Below, piece by piece: positions 35,101 through 47,083 of a DNA stretch of 64,000 nt. Made by a program: the position numbers and the translations under genes. Source of the DNA: Raillietiella orientalis (lineage: Eukaryota); NCBI GenBank assembly GCA_036172245.1, contig JAYWIR010000006.1, forward strand, positions 3,038,001 to 3,102,000, read 5' to 3'. Every line of letters begins with the position of its first letter. Within the stretch, counting starts at the first letter, position 1. The notes beneath the pieces are model-generated. The model was not told the origin of the DNA and did no database searches. It was given only the letters and a program-made list of their open reading frames with translations.

Positions 35101-38100
35101 GGCTGAGCACTGGAGGCGCCGCCTGCCGCGCAAAGAGCCATCCAAGCACGACAGATTTTTGAACCCACTGCAGGTAACCAAACGGCCAGCCTGGGGGTTC
35201 CGTATCCAAGCATGTCACTTCCTGCTCCTTTGGCTGTTTTTCAAAAACAGCAGCTCTTTCCGTCTTTTCTTCTTCTTCTTTTCTTTTTTTTTGTTTCCTT
35301 CTTGTTGTTTTGCTTTTCCCTTTGGTGCTCGCCGAGTGAGAGGCGCTTGGAGGACGAGCGGCGTCGCTAGCGAAACCTCTCCAAAAGAACCGGTCGGTGC
35401 ATGAAAAGGCTCCAGGGGTCGAAGCCGCGTATTTGTTGCGGAAAACACCATTAGCGTGTTCGCGGAATCCAACACGGGCCGAACCGGACGATGTTTTCGC
35501 CGCGGAGGAGCTGCACAAGCCGGCGGTGGGCTCTTTCTGGAAAGTGGGACTGCGGAGGACCACGCCGCCGGACAGGTGGGCCGAACCTCCGAAAGCTGCG
35601 CCGCTCGCAGCTTTGAAGAAGGAAAGAAAGAAAAGGAGGGGGAAAACCGCGTTTCCCCGTGCGCCGTTCCCGGTGCTTTCCGGAGGCGGCTTCCCTCACA
35701 GCTCAGTTCGTTGGATCCACCCTTTCGCCGTGATCGAAGGGACTCTCTGACTCCTTCCCTCCGCGGGTCGGTTTCGACTTCCCTTAGCCTTCCTCTTAGA
35801 AGTCGAGGGACGTTTGCTAGTTGGCCGGAGGAAGTCGGCCATCCGCACGCGCACCTCATCTTCTTCCGTGGGAAATCGAGGAGGATGTGGACAACGTCCT
35901 TGCCATGCTTTCGCGGCTTTCCTGGTTCAGCTATCGCGACGTCCTCCCGTCCTGAAGAATCGTTTTGCGCCTTCTCTCCGACTGGTTGAGGAGGGAGCTT
36001 CACGCACCACGAGAAGGATTCTTCTTCCCGGAACTTTGCTTCACTCCCTTCCTCTTTTTCCCCCGAACCTCAGTTGTCCATCGGTTCCTCCTTTGGGAGG
36101 GCAACTGAGCTTCCGATGAGCAGCCGGTCGCTGCGCCTCTGCAACTCTTGGCGCCAGCACGCCCGACCCGCACACAACAGCTGGCAGGTTTCGAAAACGC
36201 CGAACCTCCGGGTTTTGTTGTTGTTGTTGCTGTTTTTTGCTGCTGTCTGCACGAACCTTCGAGTCGGAGGAAGCGCTAAAGGATTCATGCCTTAGGCGTT
36301 CTCTCCATCTTCGAGTGAACAGACTGCCAGCAAAGTCCCGAGTCCTTCCACGCAAACAGGCAGCAGCGAGCAGGCGGGAAGGTGTGCAGCAAGTGGACCG
36401 CTGCACCCAGCATCGCCTGCTATCGGACGACCGACTTCCGCGTCCACAGCTCTGAATCCCTAATCTTCGAGGTGAATGCCGCTGCTGGACGCGCACGGGT
36501 GCATCTTCTCTTCTCCGCTCTCCCCGCCAACCGAAAGAGAAAAAAAAAATTTCGAAAAACGCTCCCTCCGGCCGATTCCTCCTCGACCCACCCTTAAGAA
36601 CGCCATCTTCAGTCATCTTTCAGGTCTCAATCCCGGAACTCTGCCCCTGCCGCACCCCTCTCCTTCCTCTTCCTCCATCACCGCTTGTGCGGATCAACTT
36701 CCTCCTCTTCTTTCCACGACCCAGGAGGCGAGATTTTTGTTTCGCGCTTTCTGAGATGCTTCGCGCCTCGGCGCGGGACGCTGAACTCCTGCAGCTCGCC
36801 GCGGACCGGACGGCGGGCACTGTTTGCGCGCACTCCCGCTGCACATCACAACCCTCCCGCCGCGCTGCGCCGAAGAGCGGCGGCGGCCAGGGGTCCGACC
36901 GAAGCAGAAACCACGCGTCCGAAGGCACTGCCCCTCCGACCAGGAAGGGCCCATCGGTCGGTCGAGACCCGGCCGAGGCGAGACAGTCAAAGCCTTCCAT
37001 CAGACAGCAAGGCAAGGGAGCAGCGGGAAGAAAGTCTGCCGATCACGGAGTGCGCGAGCGCGCCTCCATCTTCCGGTCTGCATTTTGAGCAGTGGTCAGT
37101 TTGAGCGTAAAAGGGCACACAGAGCGCAGCTACAGAAATGAGGGGAAAAGGTAGGCAGGCATCTACTCGCTCCACCCCATGAAGTGGTGCTCCCGGAAGC
37201 CAGTCAGTCCTGCCAGAGCGCGGCAGCGCCTTGCCGAAGGCACTCCTTCCAGAAAGGGGCAGGGCGAAGTCTTTAGAGCACGGGATCCACGCCTGCCTGC
37301 TGGCGGCAGGTCCGCGGCTCTTCGCGAAGGCCAAGCAGCGAAGGGAACCTTCCAGAAAGATGGCGGACGTGGAGCGCATGCGGCCACGATGGATGGTCTC
37401 TCAGTGTAATTGATCCACAGCTGCTCACGCGCGTCTACCACCCCCGCGTGACTCTCATGAGGTTTTTTGCTCGCTCACGGATCTCCCGTTCCGTCAGACG
37501 AACTCCAGTCGCCGTCACTGACAAGAGAGCGTCACTCTACGCGGACCACATGTGTGCAGGCGCGTACGCGTGAACGCAACCCGTGCCGGTGTCGCTCGTC
37601 GATCCACACTCGCGCGGACGTGCGATCGGATTGGCTCGACCGGTTGCGGGGCGAGACGCTTCAGCGGCGGGTTCCGTGCCGTTGCGCACGCCACAGAGTG
37701 GTGGATGGAGGGTTGCTGTAGCTTCGATTGCTGAAAGAGTAATAGATAGTCGTCGGGTGCTGCTCTGTGAGGCTCCAAGCACGTCCAAGAGCAGCAAGAT
37801 GAGCAGCTGCTCCGCTCAGGAAACTCAACTCAACAGCAAGCGGTGAGAAACGCGAAGACTCGCGCGGGGGGGAACCGCAGCCACCCAGCGCTGAAGGTAG
37901 AAGGAGGATGCAAGATAGGGAGGGAGCGAAAGGTGCCCACGTATCCCGCCCTACTCTGCAGCCACTGGCGGCAAGAACGCGCGCGTTTCGCTCGCTTCCT
38001 CGGGACAGACCAGCCACGCCCTTTTATGCCTTCAGAGCCTTCGTCCTCGTCCGCGTGGCTGCTTCCCGTGAGCTCGTCGGGTGGTCCGCCTCCCTCTTTG

Positions 38101-38589
38101 CCTCCCGCGCGGAGTGGTTTCTTACCTGGAGGGAGCCTGCAAGATGGAGACAGGTCACATCCATCCGTCCTCTCTTTGGAGCGGTTGCTGTGGTCCGCGC
38201 ACGTCGGAGGACCCCAAAGAGATTCTATTGCATCTAGAAGCCACCACATGGGGTGGACCACCTGCCAGACTCAGTCGCAGCCAGGGAAATGAAGTTGACC
38301 CAGGTGAAACGACCGGCAGAGAACTTATTCCCAGCCCGGAGGCACCCACTCCTCTGGGGGGCGCTGCCTACAGGGTCCGAAAATGGCTCTGCCAAGCGCT
38401 GCCCCTGGAGGAAATCTGACGATCCGGGGGCGGCAGAGAGGAATCCGGATATCTCCGCTGACCAGGCTCTAAGGATGGAAGTCGACCCTCCTGGATCCTT
38501 CTAGGAATCAAGGAGCCCTTCGGGGCACTCCTGATGGAGCGACGGGACACGGAGGTGTTGTAGGAGGGGGAAAAAAGGACACTCACAGA

Positions 38590-38800
38590 ATGAGACCAAG
38601 AAGGACGATGGCAAGCTGCTCATCCAAGTCCACCGGGTGGGATCACTTCCTTGTCCTGCTGAAGAAGGTGGTCATCGCAACGATGATGGTGCTTCCTCCA
38701 CCTGGAGTCTCCCGGACTGCTCTTTGCTCTCCGACCGTGCCTGAGAGGCACAGAGTGAACAAGGACGGGCATCATTGTATGAAGAGGCACTCCAGCTGGC
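38590..38800 (+). mobile_element. Possible BED zinc-finger remnant (hAT N-terminus)
   Basis: KSTGWDHF...ALC...DGHHCMKRH resembles S.VW.HF...A.C..C...GT..L.RH. Confidence 0.3.
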
Positions 38801-38829
38801 CCGCGCCGGGGACCATGTCGCTGCAGCCC

Positions 38830-39490
38830 TCCCCGCGCGTGGCGTCAGGCGTTGCGGGTTCGAATCTTGCCCGGGGAAGAGTTGACGCAGAGAACGGGAG
38901 GCGAGTCGTGGGTTTCGAGTCTCCCCGCAAGATGACGCTGGTTGACTTGCAGGCTTCGGGTGCGGCGCTCGTGGAAGCAACCGGAAACCCTTGAATGTGC
39001 CCGTTGAGTGACCAACATCAAAAGTTGACCCTCAGGACTGCTCAAGGAGCACCGGTCCCCTCCGGTTCTGCAAGCGAAGTGTTTCCCTTTCCTTCCTGGG
39101 GTGACTTCTCCATCTCGTAAAACTGGTGGATCGAGGATACCTCCCCAGAGGTATCCTCGCCAAGAAGCGCGCTGCTCCCTTCGAAGAGTCACCTTCAAGA
39201 GAAATTGGGAATCTTTCCTCCGGGAATCTCTTCAGAGAAGGGAATGAGGAATGGATCCTTTCCGGGGGTCCCTCCAGAGAGAATAAGGGAGAGGTCCCTT
39301 CGGGCTCCCTCCCAAGCATAAGGGGAACGGGTTCCTTCCTCCAAATGCTTCCTGGATTCATAGAATGGTCCCTCAGGGATCTCCCCCAAACTTGAAGGAG
39401 GACATGAACCCTGGGTTGGCGTGGCCAGCGTTAAAGAGCTTCACGACGTCCGCCTTAAGGAGGCAAACGGTTCTTCAGCACTCCTTGAGA
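38830..39490 (+). mobile_element. tRNA-headed SINE-like repeat, copy 4
   Basis: gggttcgaatc; ccccgcaagatgacgctgg..ttcgggtgcggcgc; gatacctcccc..aagaagcgcgctgctccc; 3' ggcgtggccagcgttaaagagc..ggttcttcagcac. Confidence 0.7.
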
Positions 39491-39599
39491 ATCAAAGAAA
39501 ATTCGAAAGAAAAACAGCTGGAGGGGAAACAGCGAAAGAAGAACCCTAAGTCCATCCAACGGCATGTAGGGGGTTATCATCCCCCGCACTGGGCACCTG

Positions 39600-40392
39600 A
39601 CTTTCTCCGGAGACTTAGAATCGACTGAACCATGCTCAAAGGCTGTTCGCATGGAAACGCTCCTCCACATCAGACCTCCAGGATCTCTCTGGAGTAGTTG
39701 CTGCTACCACCAAGATCTATGCCGACGGCGGCTCCAGGCGAGCTCCCGCCCAAACCCTTCTGCGCGCACCGTCGCAACACTCCTACTCGCCGGAACCTGA
39801 GGAACCTGCCGTTCCTCCGCAACTACGCCCGGAAGGCAGGATTGGCTCTGTCTCGACGCTTGAGCGCCATCCATTTTCAGGGCTAGTTGCTTCGGCAGGT
39901 GAGTCGCTACACAATCCTTCGCGAATTCCGACTTCCATGGCCACCGTCCTGCTGTCCATAGCAACCAACACCTTTCATGGGATCTGATGAGCGTCGCATC
40001 GAGCGCCGTAACCCAACGTTTGGTTCATCCCAAAGAGCCAGTCTGCTTACCAAAATGGACCCACTGGGCGCTCATGGATCCGACAGTTCGAGCTTCAGCT
40101 TTCAAGCAAGCCGGACTTCTCGCTCATTTAAAGTTTGAGAAAAGGTTGAGGTCATTTCGGCCCCAAGGCCTCTAATCGCTCACTTTAACGGATGAGACTC
40201 TGTCCTTTTTCTGCTCCAGTGAGCGCCAGCTATCCTAAGAGAAACTTCGGAAAAAACCAGCTACTAGATAGTTCGATTAGTCTTTCGCCCCTATGCCCAG
40301 GTCTTACGACCAATTTGCAGGTCAGGATCTCTGCGGACCACCAGAGTTTCCTCTGACTTCGCCCTGGCCAGGCATAGTTCACCATGTTTCGG
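39600..40392 (-). pseudogene. 28S (LSU) rRNA fragment, decayed copy (from about D3 to about D7a)
   Basis: Reverse complements of universal LSU motifs: catagttcacca, cagctactagat.gttcgattagtctttcgcccctat, gagcgccatccattttcagggctagttg.ttcggcaggtgagt, ccgacttccatggccaccgtcctgctgtc, cttag.atcgactga. Substitutions at normally invariant sites (e.g. atcctaagagaaacttcggaaaaaacc for atcctgagggaaacttcggagggaacc), and no flanking rDNA. Confidence 0.93.
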
Positions 40393-40499
40393 AGCCGTAA
40401 TCACAAAGCCTCTGACGCCGCTGGGGGCGTTTGCCGACTCCCTCGGAAAGTCAGCAGGTTCCCGACAACCTGGAGCTGCCTTCGGCGAGTTTCTGGAAT

Positions 40500-42600
40500 T
40501 TCCTGCGGGGACAATGGAAGACTCCTCGTCGCATCCGACATGGGGGAGGATGGGGGGAGGCAGGGAAAGAACGCCTCCCTGAAGGGATTCGTCTGCATTC
40601 GGAACGGATCCGGGATGCAGACGAAAGGAGCAAGTGGACTAGAGGGCGTCGACAGGCGGAACCGCCTCCATCCGAGGTCCCCTCAGGACAGGGGCGAGGC
40701 GGAAAGCGGAACGAGGACACCTGCAGCGGAGACCTGGTTTGCACCTGCACGTGCTGGACCGCCTTCTCACCGGTTGCGTTTTCAGAGCGGCAGAGCAGGG
40801 AGCTTGCCTGCGTGCTGGATCGGCCGCCACCAGCTGCCTGAAAGAGAGACTGCTGCTGCTCCTGACGCTGGTACTCGCAAAGTCCCACACAGAGTCTGAT
40901 GACCTGCATCGTCTCCTGCGACTTCGGTCCTCGACAACGAAGCGTTGGACGGCGATTTTCCAGAGATCCGGAATCCACCTCTCGGCTTTTTTTCCTTCCG
41001 GGAAGACATGTCGGAAGAGGTGAGTGCTCCAGAGGAGCTACAGAATGTCTGCACCGTTCAAATCTACCCAGGCACCAGGAAGCCCGCTGGTCTTCATATC
41101 GGAGGCCTTCGAGGATTGTACCCAAGGCCATATGTTAACACATGAGCTCCGCTCCGAGAGCGGCGGGATTCCTCCCTTTGGTTCAATGTTGGACGTCCGG
41201 AGTAAAAAATTCCGAGTCTCCACTCACAGACCAGGACTTGGTCAGGAGGAGAGCCAAGAGGGGGAGCGCCGACGGGCACGCGCAAGGATGGAATTCGCTC
41301 CATCGACAGTGCTTGATGATGCAGCTTCAGGGTTTCAGAACCTATCCAGACGATGATTCCGCTGGAGGCATTGGAGCAGAGGTCTTCAGCGTCTTCGGTT
41401 CCGTAGACGGGTCCTCCACTGACTCTACCTTCACTGAAAGAACTGGGGCTCATCCAAGAAGGGAAGGCTAAAAACAACTACCTGTTCGAGGTCAAAAGAG
41501 AAGACGAAAGCAAAAGTTGGGGTTTGGTCATCTTTATGCCACTGGCTGGGTTCCGTTGGCTGCTTGAATAGCTTGAGGACCTGCTTCGGGAGACGAACTC
41601 TTCCTGGACGGTAGGCTCGGCACGGACATTGCTGTTGCTATTGCCCCAAGGTCAGGTGCCGGGTTACACGCTTTGAGCAATGCTTCTGAAAAACCTCTGC
41701 ACGTCGCGATGAGACCTTTCTCGGTTATCTTCAGATTCGGCTCTAACGGCTCCCCCTGCCTCCCCATTTCCGAAAGGTGCCTGAAGACCTCCCGGTCGTG
41801 AGAAGAGGCCACCGGCTCTGAGACCGAATGTTCTTCCGACTCTTCCACGACCCTCGAGGCTTCCGGTTGCTCTCTCGTCGCCCCAGCTTTTGGCCGGTCG
41901 GCGCGGCACGGACGAGTCACGAGTGTCTCTTCGCAGGTTCGTCCGTCGAAGTAGATGGTCTCAGGACAGCGCCACGAGGTCGCCGCTGCTCGGATCGTTC
42001 CTTCGCGGTCCTCCGCCATCCTCGCGAAACAATTCGTCTCCCGGTCGGTCTTTCCCGGCCCCTCCCGTGAATTCTCCTCCGCCTTTGCAGCCGTTGCGGG
42101 CGCTCGTGCCGCCGATGGAGAGACCTTGCCGGTATCCCGAGGATGGCGCAAAGGTCAACCGAACCGGTCCCGCAGGACGCATGCACAGCTCTCAGCTGGG
42201 GAACTCCTGGCTGCCGGTGGAGCTCGGAGAAAGTTCCCATCGCGTGTGAGTCTCCCCGATCCTTGAGAAGGCAACAGGCAAAACCTGCCAAACTACCTGC
42301 CCTCCAGGAAGAACTTCGAATTGTCCGGAGCACAGGCGCGGAGGTGGAACAGAGGGATGTGGCTCCATCCGTTCTGTTTTCTCAGTCAAGTTTCTGCTTC
42401 CGTTCCAAGTCTTCGTGTCCCTTCGGGGAAGAGGAGGAACCGAAACTGCCGGAAACGAAATCAGGCAGCGGCATAGTTGCCAGGGCAACCATCCCGGGGT
42501 TGCAGACACCAGGCCGCGAGGTCGGGGGGCAGCTTCATCACGATCGAGCGAAGATGGCTCGTGGATCCTCAGCAGCAGCCTCTGAAGCGGGAAGGACATC
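40500..42600 (-). mobile_element. Probable decayed hAT transposase
   Basis: THTRWEL at ~42240 (cf. TRWNS) and LRVPASGAAA/SLFQAAG at ~40850 (cf. L.IPASSA..ERLFS.AG), in the correct order. Confidence 0.4.
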
Positions 42601-42679
42601 CGAAGGACCTTCAGGCTGCACCCAGCAGACGGGAGCATCCAGGCAAGTCGCTAAAAATGAAGAGGGGCGCCCCCACGTT

Positions 42680-43130
42680 AGCGGCCGTGGTAGCTGCGGT
42701 CTTTGCGTGCGGCACAGAACGTCGCGGTTTCGAATCCCACCCGAGGAAGATCGACGCCGAGAACGCAGGGTGCGTCGTCGGTTTCGCATCCCTCCGCAAG
42801 ATGATGCTGGCTGGCCTGTTCGGGTGCGGCGCTGGTGGAAGCAGCCGGAAACCACCGGATGCCCCCGTTGAGTTGTCCCGGATTGTTGTCAAAAGGGAGC
42901 GTCCCCACACGAGGGTGAGACCCTACATCGCGTGCCATGTAGCTGATTGATACCTCCCTCGGGGGGTGTGGCCTTTAGAATGTAAGAAGCGCGCTGTTCC
43001 CTTTGGGGCTCCCCTACCAACAGTAAGAGGAACGGACTCCTTCCTCCGGAGCCCTTCCTGGATTCGTAAGGTCGTCCTTCTTTCTCTGTTGCCCCCTAAC
43101 AATGGAAAAAGAGCTCCTCCGCGAAGACGT
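42680..43130 (+). mobile_element. tRNA-headed SINE-like repeat, copy 5 (3'-truncated)
   Basis: ggccgtggtagctgcggtc..ggtttcgaatccc; ccgcaagatgatgctggctggcc..ttcgggtgcggcgctggtggaagc; gatacctccc..aagaagcgcgctgttccc. Confidence 0.7.
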
Positions 43131-44039
43131 GATCCCGAGCGCAGTTGCTGAGTCGCCAAGTCGCATTCTCGGCTTCTCTCTAGGCCAGTGGCCTAGAGAG
43201 AATTTGGTGTTTCCGTGCGGAGGCAGGGTCGCGTGGATATGTAGACGAAATGCTGCCGCCCGCAGGAAGGAAGGGGGGGGACTGATTCGCACGCCCACCG
43301 CGAAATGCTCCCCGTCGTCCTCCCTATCCCTGATGCTCGCGAAGAGCCCGATTTGCATGCAGGACGGCGGGGAAACCACTGCATCGCCGCCCGGAGGTCA
43401 CGTCGGTCTACGGCATCACAACAGCACACACCGCATCGTGCCCTGGAGTGACGTACTGGTCTCGCAGCCAGCGTGGGCATGACGATGCCACTTTGAATCT
43501 TCAAGTACTCGGAAATCTCAACAGCAAAAAAAAAAAAAAACGGAAGAGTTCGCTGTTTGTTGTTTTTGTCCTTGTTTGCTTGTTTTGCGCGCGTGCTCGC
43601 GTGTGCTAAGTTCTTATGGTAACGCGGCTTCAGAATCTCCCTTTCCTCCCTTCATCTTCTAGGCAACGCTTGCTGGGGATTCCAAGGAAAGCGAAGGGGG
43701 GGGTTGCCAGGCAGACCTCCAGGACCGCGCTCTGGTTTCCCGAAAGCGTCCCTGCGCCGCGTGTGGGGTCTCCATGCCGACGAGAAAGAAAACCAGAATC
43801 GTATAAACAAATAGAGTGTTTAATTTCTGTGCACAATTTGTTAGGGACAGTACGTATGAATACGCAACAAGCAGCAAGCAACAATCCAGGGGACTTTCCA
43901 GGACGTGTCATCCAAGCCCACACACGATCCGCCGACCGTTACGTAATTCATACTTGTTCTCTCTGGGGTTTGCTGGTGGTGACTTCTTCCTCGTCTCATG
44001 CGGGGGAGTTACTCCTGAGGAATATTCGCCCGTGAGCCA

Positions 44040-46022
44040 CTAGAATCCTGTTCTTGTTCGGTCGCTCTTGGAGCACTTGTAGCTGCTGCACATCTTAGAG
44101 TCCGTAATCTTGTAGGCGTCTAAGTATTTGCCTAGCCTTCTTGGAACGAAGAGCTTCGCGATTCTGGGGAACAAAAGTCGTCATGAGCGAACCGAGCTTT
44201 CCGATCCCCGGCAAAGTCACAGCCCCCTACTGCCCCCCCCCCCCTTCCGCAACGTTCGCAGGACGCATGCTGGAGAGGTCGCGGGAGGCCCTCATCGATA
44301 GGAAATTATCAGATTCGCTTTCCAGAGGTTACCGGGTGACACATTTTGGAAATGGAGCAGATTCGAATCAGACACCCGCGCAGCCAGGAATACAAATCGG
44401 AAGCGGCCGCTCGCTCTTCGCAGCTGACGAAGTCTCTCGATTTCGCAAGGAGTTGCTTGAATTTTGGTTACACGAAAAGAAAACCGGAAAAAAATTAAAT
44501 AACATGGAAAGCTCCCACTCTGTAATCGGGTCGAGAAGTACGAACGAGCCGTTGACGAGAAGAGGGGGATTAATCGATGGCAGGTAGATTAGTAAAAAAG
44601 AAGACTTGAACCATTTTTTCTTTCTTTCTTTCTTTCGTCTCCCCTTATGCTGCTAATTCCTTAGTAGCACGGTGAAATTTCAGCGCGGAAAGACGCACTC
44701 TTTTCGGGGTGAAATTGCTGGAGTAGAGAGTGAAGGACACCTACTTGTGGACCCTTTCCTTGTAGAACTGCTTGTTGACACCACCCATTTCGCAGAGCAT
44801 CCTCTCCATGCACTCTTCTCCTCTCATCGCAGCCACGTAAATCTTGTTAAGGTTCTCCTTCCATTCCTCGACGGTCAGGGGATGAGAGCCATCTATGAAA
44901 TGAAATCGGAATTACAGGAGCGCTCTTGAGACGGGAGGGGGCCGTCCCGCGACGAAGAGGAGCTTAGGTGCGGTGCACAAGTGCCAAGGAGGAGGGGGTT
45001 TTTTTGTCTTTGTGAGAGTGTGCGTAGGTCCCTTTACTCCGCCCCGCCCCATCTCCCTCCCCACGCCACTCCAAGTGAGGTGGAGTTCAGTGCTTGCTGG
45101 AAACGGGGAGCGCGGGGGAAAAAGGTGCCGCGTCCACTTACTGTGCTGATGACTAAGCCACATCTGGGCACATGCTGTGGTCACTTACTGTGCTGATGAA
45201 TAATCCACACCTGGGCACGAAGTGCATCCTGGACACGTCGGCGAACCCGGAGGAAGGAATCGGAAAGAGGAACGTACACACACAAAAAAAGGATCCTCCA
45301 GGGCAAAGGGCGGAAGCTCGTGTCGCCCTTTCGCACTGCTCGAAACGGAGCGAGGGAAGCTGAGAAGACAGCCCTGCAGGGTGATCGGCCTCCCATCCTC
45401 GCACGCCTCGAACTCCCGGCCGGACGAAGAGCACTCTCACCCTTCGTCCGGCCTTCCTGCGTCTACCCCACCCGCCCTTGTTTTTCCCCCGACCCGGATC
45501 CCCCCTGTCGGGCCTGCCGGCTTCCGCCGGAAAGCCTCTGCGGGGGGATGGGGCGCGCACATAAACCAGTAGGACGGAGGCATCGGAGGCCTCACCTTCC
45601 GCATGCAGGAAGGGGGACACCTCCTACCCCTAGAGATCGAAGGGTGACCGCCGCCCTCGCAGCAACGACAGTGGCTATGCATCGGCCAGGAGAACACATG
45701 TCGGAGGGGGGGGAGGAGAAGAAGAGGGCATGAAGAACTCACCGTCGAGCGCAGACCTTCTCCTCCTTCCTTGGGTAGGCGTCACGGTGATATTCAAAGG
45801 GAAGAGACTGCCCAGGGCCGCGAGCAAGAGCGCGGCTATCACCACGTAGATGATGGGCCACGCGATCACGGCCTGCCTCAGCACGATCAACTTCTTCTCT
45901 AGGTCGTCGTCGTCCTCGTAATCGTAAACGGGGAAGTCGTTCGGGCTATAGTTGGCTCCGTTGCTAAGCGACAGGGCGCTCACGGAGAAGAAAAAGAGTG
46001 CTGTTCTCGCCAGAGGGTGCAT
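44040..46022 (-). CDS. Cluster gene E: same architecture, 183 aa; complement(join(44040..44163,44745..44892,45743..46022))
   Basis: accgccATG; signal TALFFFSVSALSLSNG; YDYEDDDD; LRQAVIAWPIIYVVIAALLLAALGSLFPLNITVTPTQGRRRRSALD (phase 1, gtgagt). Exon 2: GEECMERMLCEMGGVNKQFYKERVH (phase 2, gtaggt). Exon 3: IAKLFVPRRLGKYLDAYKITDSKMCSSYKC...GF*. 552 nt in frame. The minus-strand frames of exons 2-3 are not in the ORF track. Confidence 0.9.
45135..45220 (+). repeat. 47-nt tandem duplication in gene E intron 1
   Basis: cacttactgtgctgatga.taa.ccaca.ctgggcac at 45135 and 45182. Confidence 0.85.
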
Positions 46023-46458
46023 GGCGGTGAAGGGGTGCTGAGGAAGATAAGACAGGGTGCTTACGGTCTCCTTGGCCTCCCGGGGAAAAAAAGGAAGAGG
46101 AGATGCAGAGCGGGCTCAGGGTGCTCGTTCCTCGGGACCACGGGGGTCCAGCAACACCCCTCCTTCCCGTTCCCTCCCGTGAGACGACCCTCTATCCGCC
46201 TCCCATCTTTCGACCCCTTCCGGGAACGCAGAGAAGGTGCAGCGGCAACCTCTTCCGTCCTCATCAACCCCTTCGTGACCTTCCCGCCCCGGGGCTTCCG
46301 GATTCATTCGGAGCTACGCGGGGCTTCTCGAGTTGAACGGGTGAACCGCCGGGGGCAAAGGGCGCACGCTACCGGGCTGCTTCGGGTCGTAGACCGAAGA
46401 AAGCGCCTTTTCCTCTGGTCTTCCCTCGCAAGGACTCCCGGGAGTCCAAGCAGGGGTG

Positions 46459-47083
46459 TCAAACGAACAAAGAGAGGGAGGGAAGGAGGGGGGAGGAAAA
46501 GGCTGCATGGATCCACAGCGAACGTGGGCGGTGGTTCCTCTTGGCTTCGTTCTTGAGGTCGACTCCTTCTGCCAAAAGTGCTGTGGGAGGGGAAGGGGGA
46601 AGGGGGGAGGTTGGGCGTGCCGGTGGTGCTGGTGCCTGTGCTGGCGCCTGTGCTGGTGGTGCTCTTGCGGTGGTGTTCTGGGTGCATCTTACCCTCCTCC
46701 GGTCCGTCGACGCTGCGGCGGCGCCTGACGGCGGCCAGCGTGATCCCTGGTCCCAGAAGGAGACCCAGCATGCCGATGGCAGTGAGCCCGAAGAGCATCA
46801 TCGGGATGCTCATGCCAATGCGACTGCCCTGGTCCACTTCGTCGTACTGCAGCTCCTCCTGCTTTGGGGGGGTGCCGCGGAAGTCGTCGTAGTCGACCGG
46901 GAACCCCTCCGCGTGCTTCAGCAGGGACCCCTGCTTGGGGTAGATGGGCACCCTGTAATCTCTCCCCTGCCGGGGTTGCGGCGCGCTTTCGTTCGCTGCC
47001 GGCGACGACGACGACGACGACGTTGCCGTGGCGACAGCAGCGGACAGCACGAGGCACAGCTTGAAACCTGAGACTAGCTGCAT
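46459..47083 (-). CDS. Cluster gene F: signal peptide + RQGR + Gly/Met-rich hydrophobic segment + RRRRS, short Cys-less tail; complement(join(46459..46580,46693..47083)), ~170 aa, 3' exon uncertain
   Basis: MQLVSGFKLCLVLSAAVATA signal; PRQGRD; IGMSIPMMLFGLTAIGMLGLLLGPGITLAAVRRRRSVDGPEE with phase-1 g|gtaaga donor at 46692. The nearest acceptor cccacag (46581) gives in-frame ALLAEGVDLKNEAKR...FV*. Confidence 0.75.

Noticed and set aside
37537..37830. Signal-peptide-like EQLLILLLLDVLGA as another cluster gene
   Set aside because: No hydrophobic segment, basic site or Cys exons follow, and no convincing splice sites.
39600..40392. Functional rRNA operon
   Set aside because: Only a ~0.8 kb internal piece with substitutions at invariant positions; no 18S, 5.8S or remaining 28S.
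45135..45220. CRISPR array or C/D snoRNA
   Set aside because: Only two units in a eukaryotic intron with no cas genes, and it is antisense to the host gene with no terminal stem.
46038..46064. 5'-UTR intron gtaagc...cctcag before gene E
   Set aside because: Only 27 nt, much shorter than the 53-57 nt minimal introns seen here; the acceptor may pair with a more distant donor.
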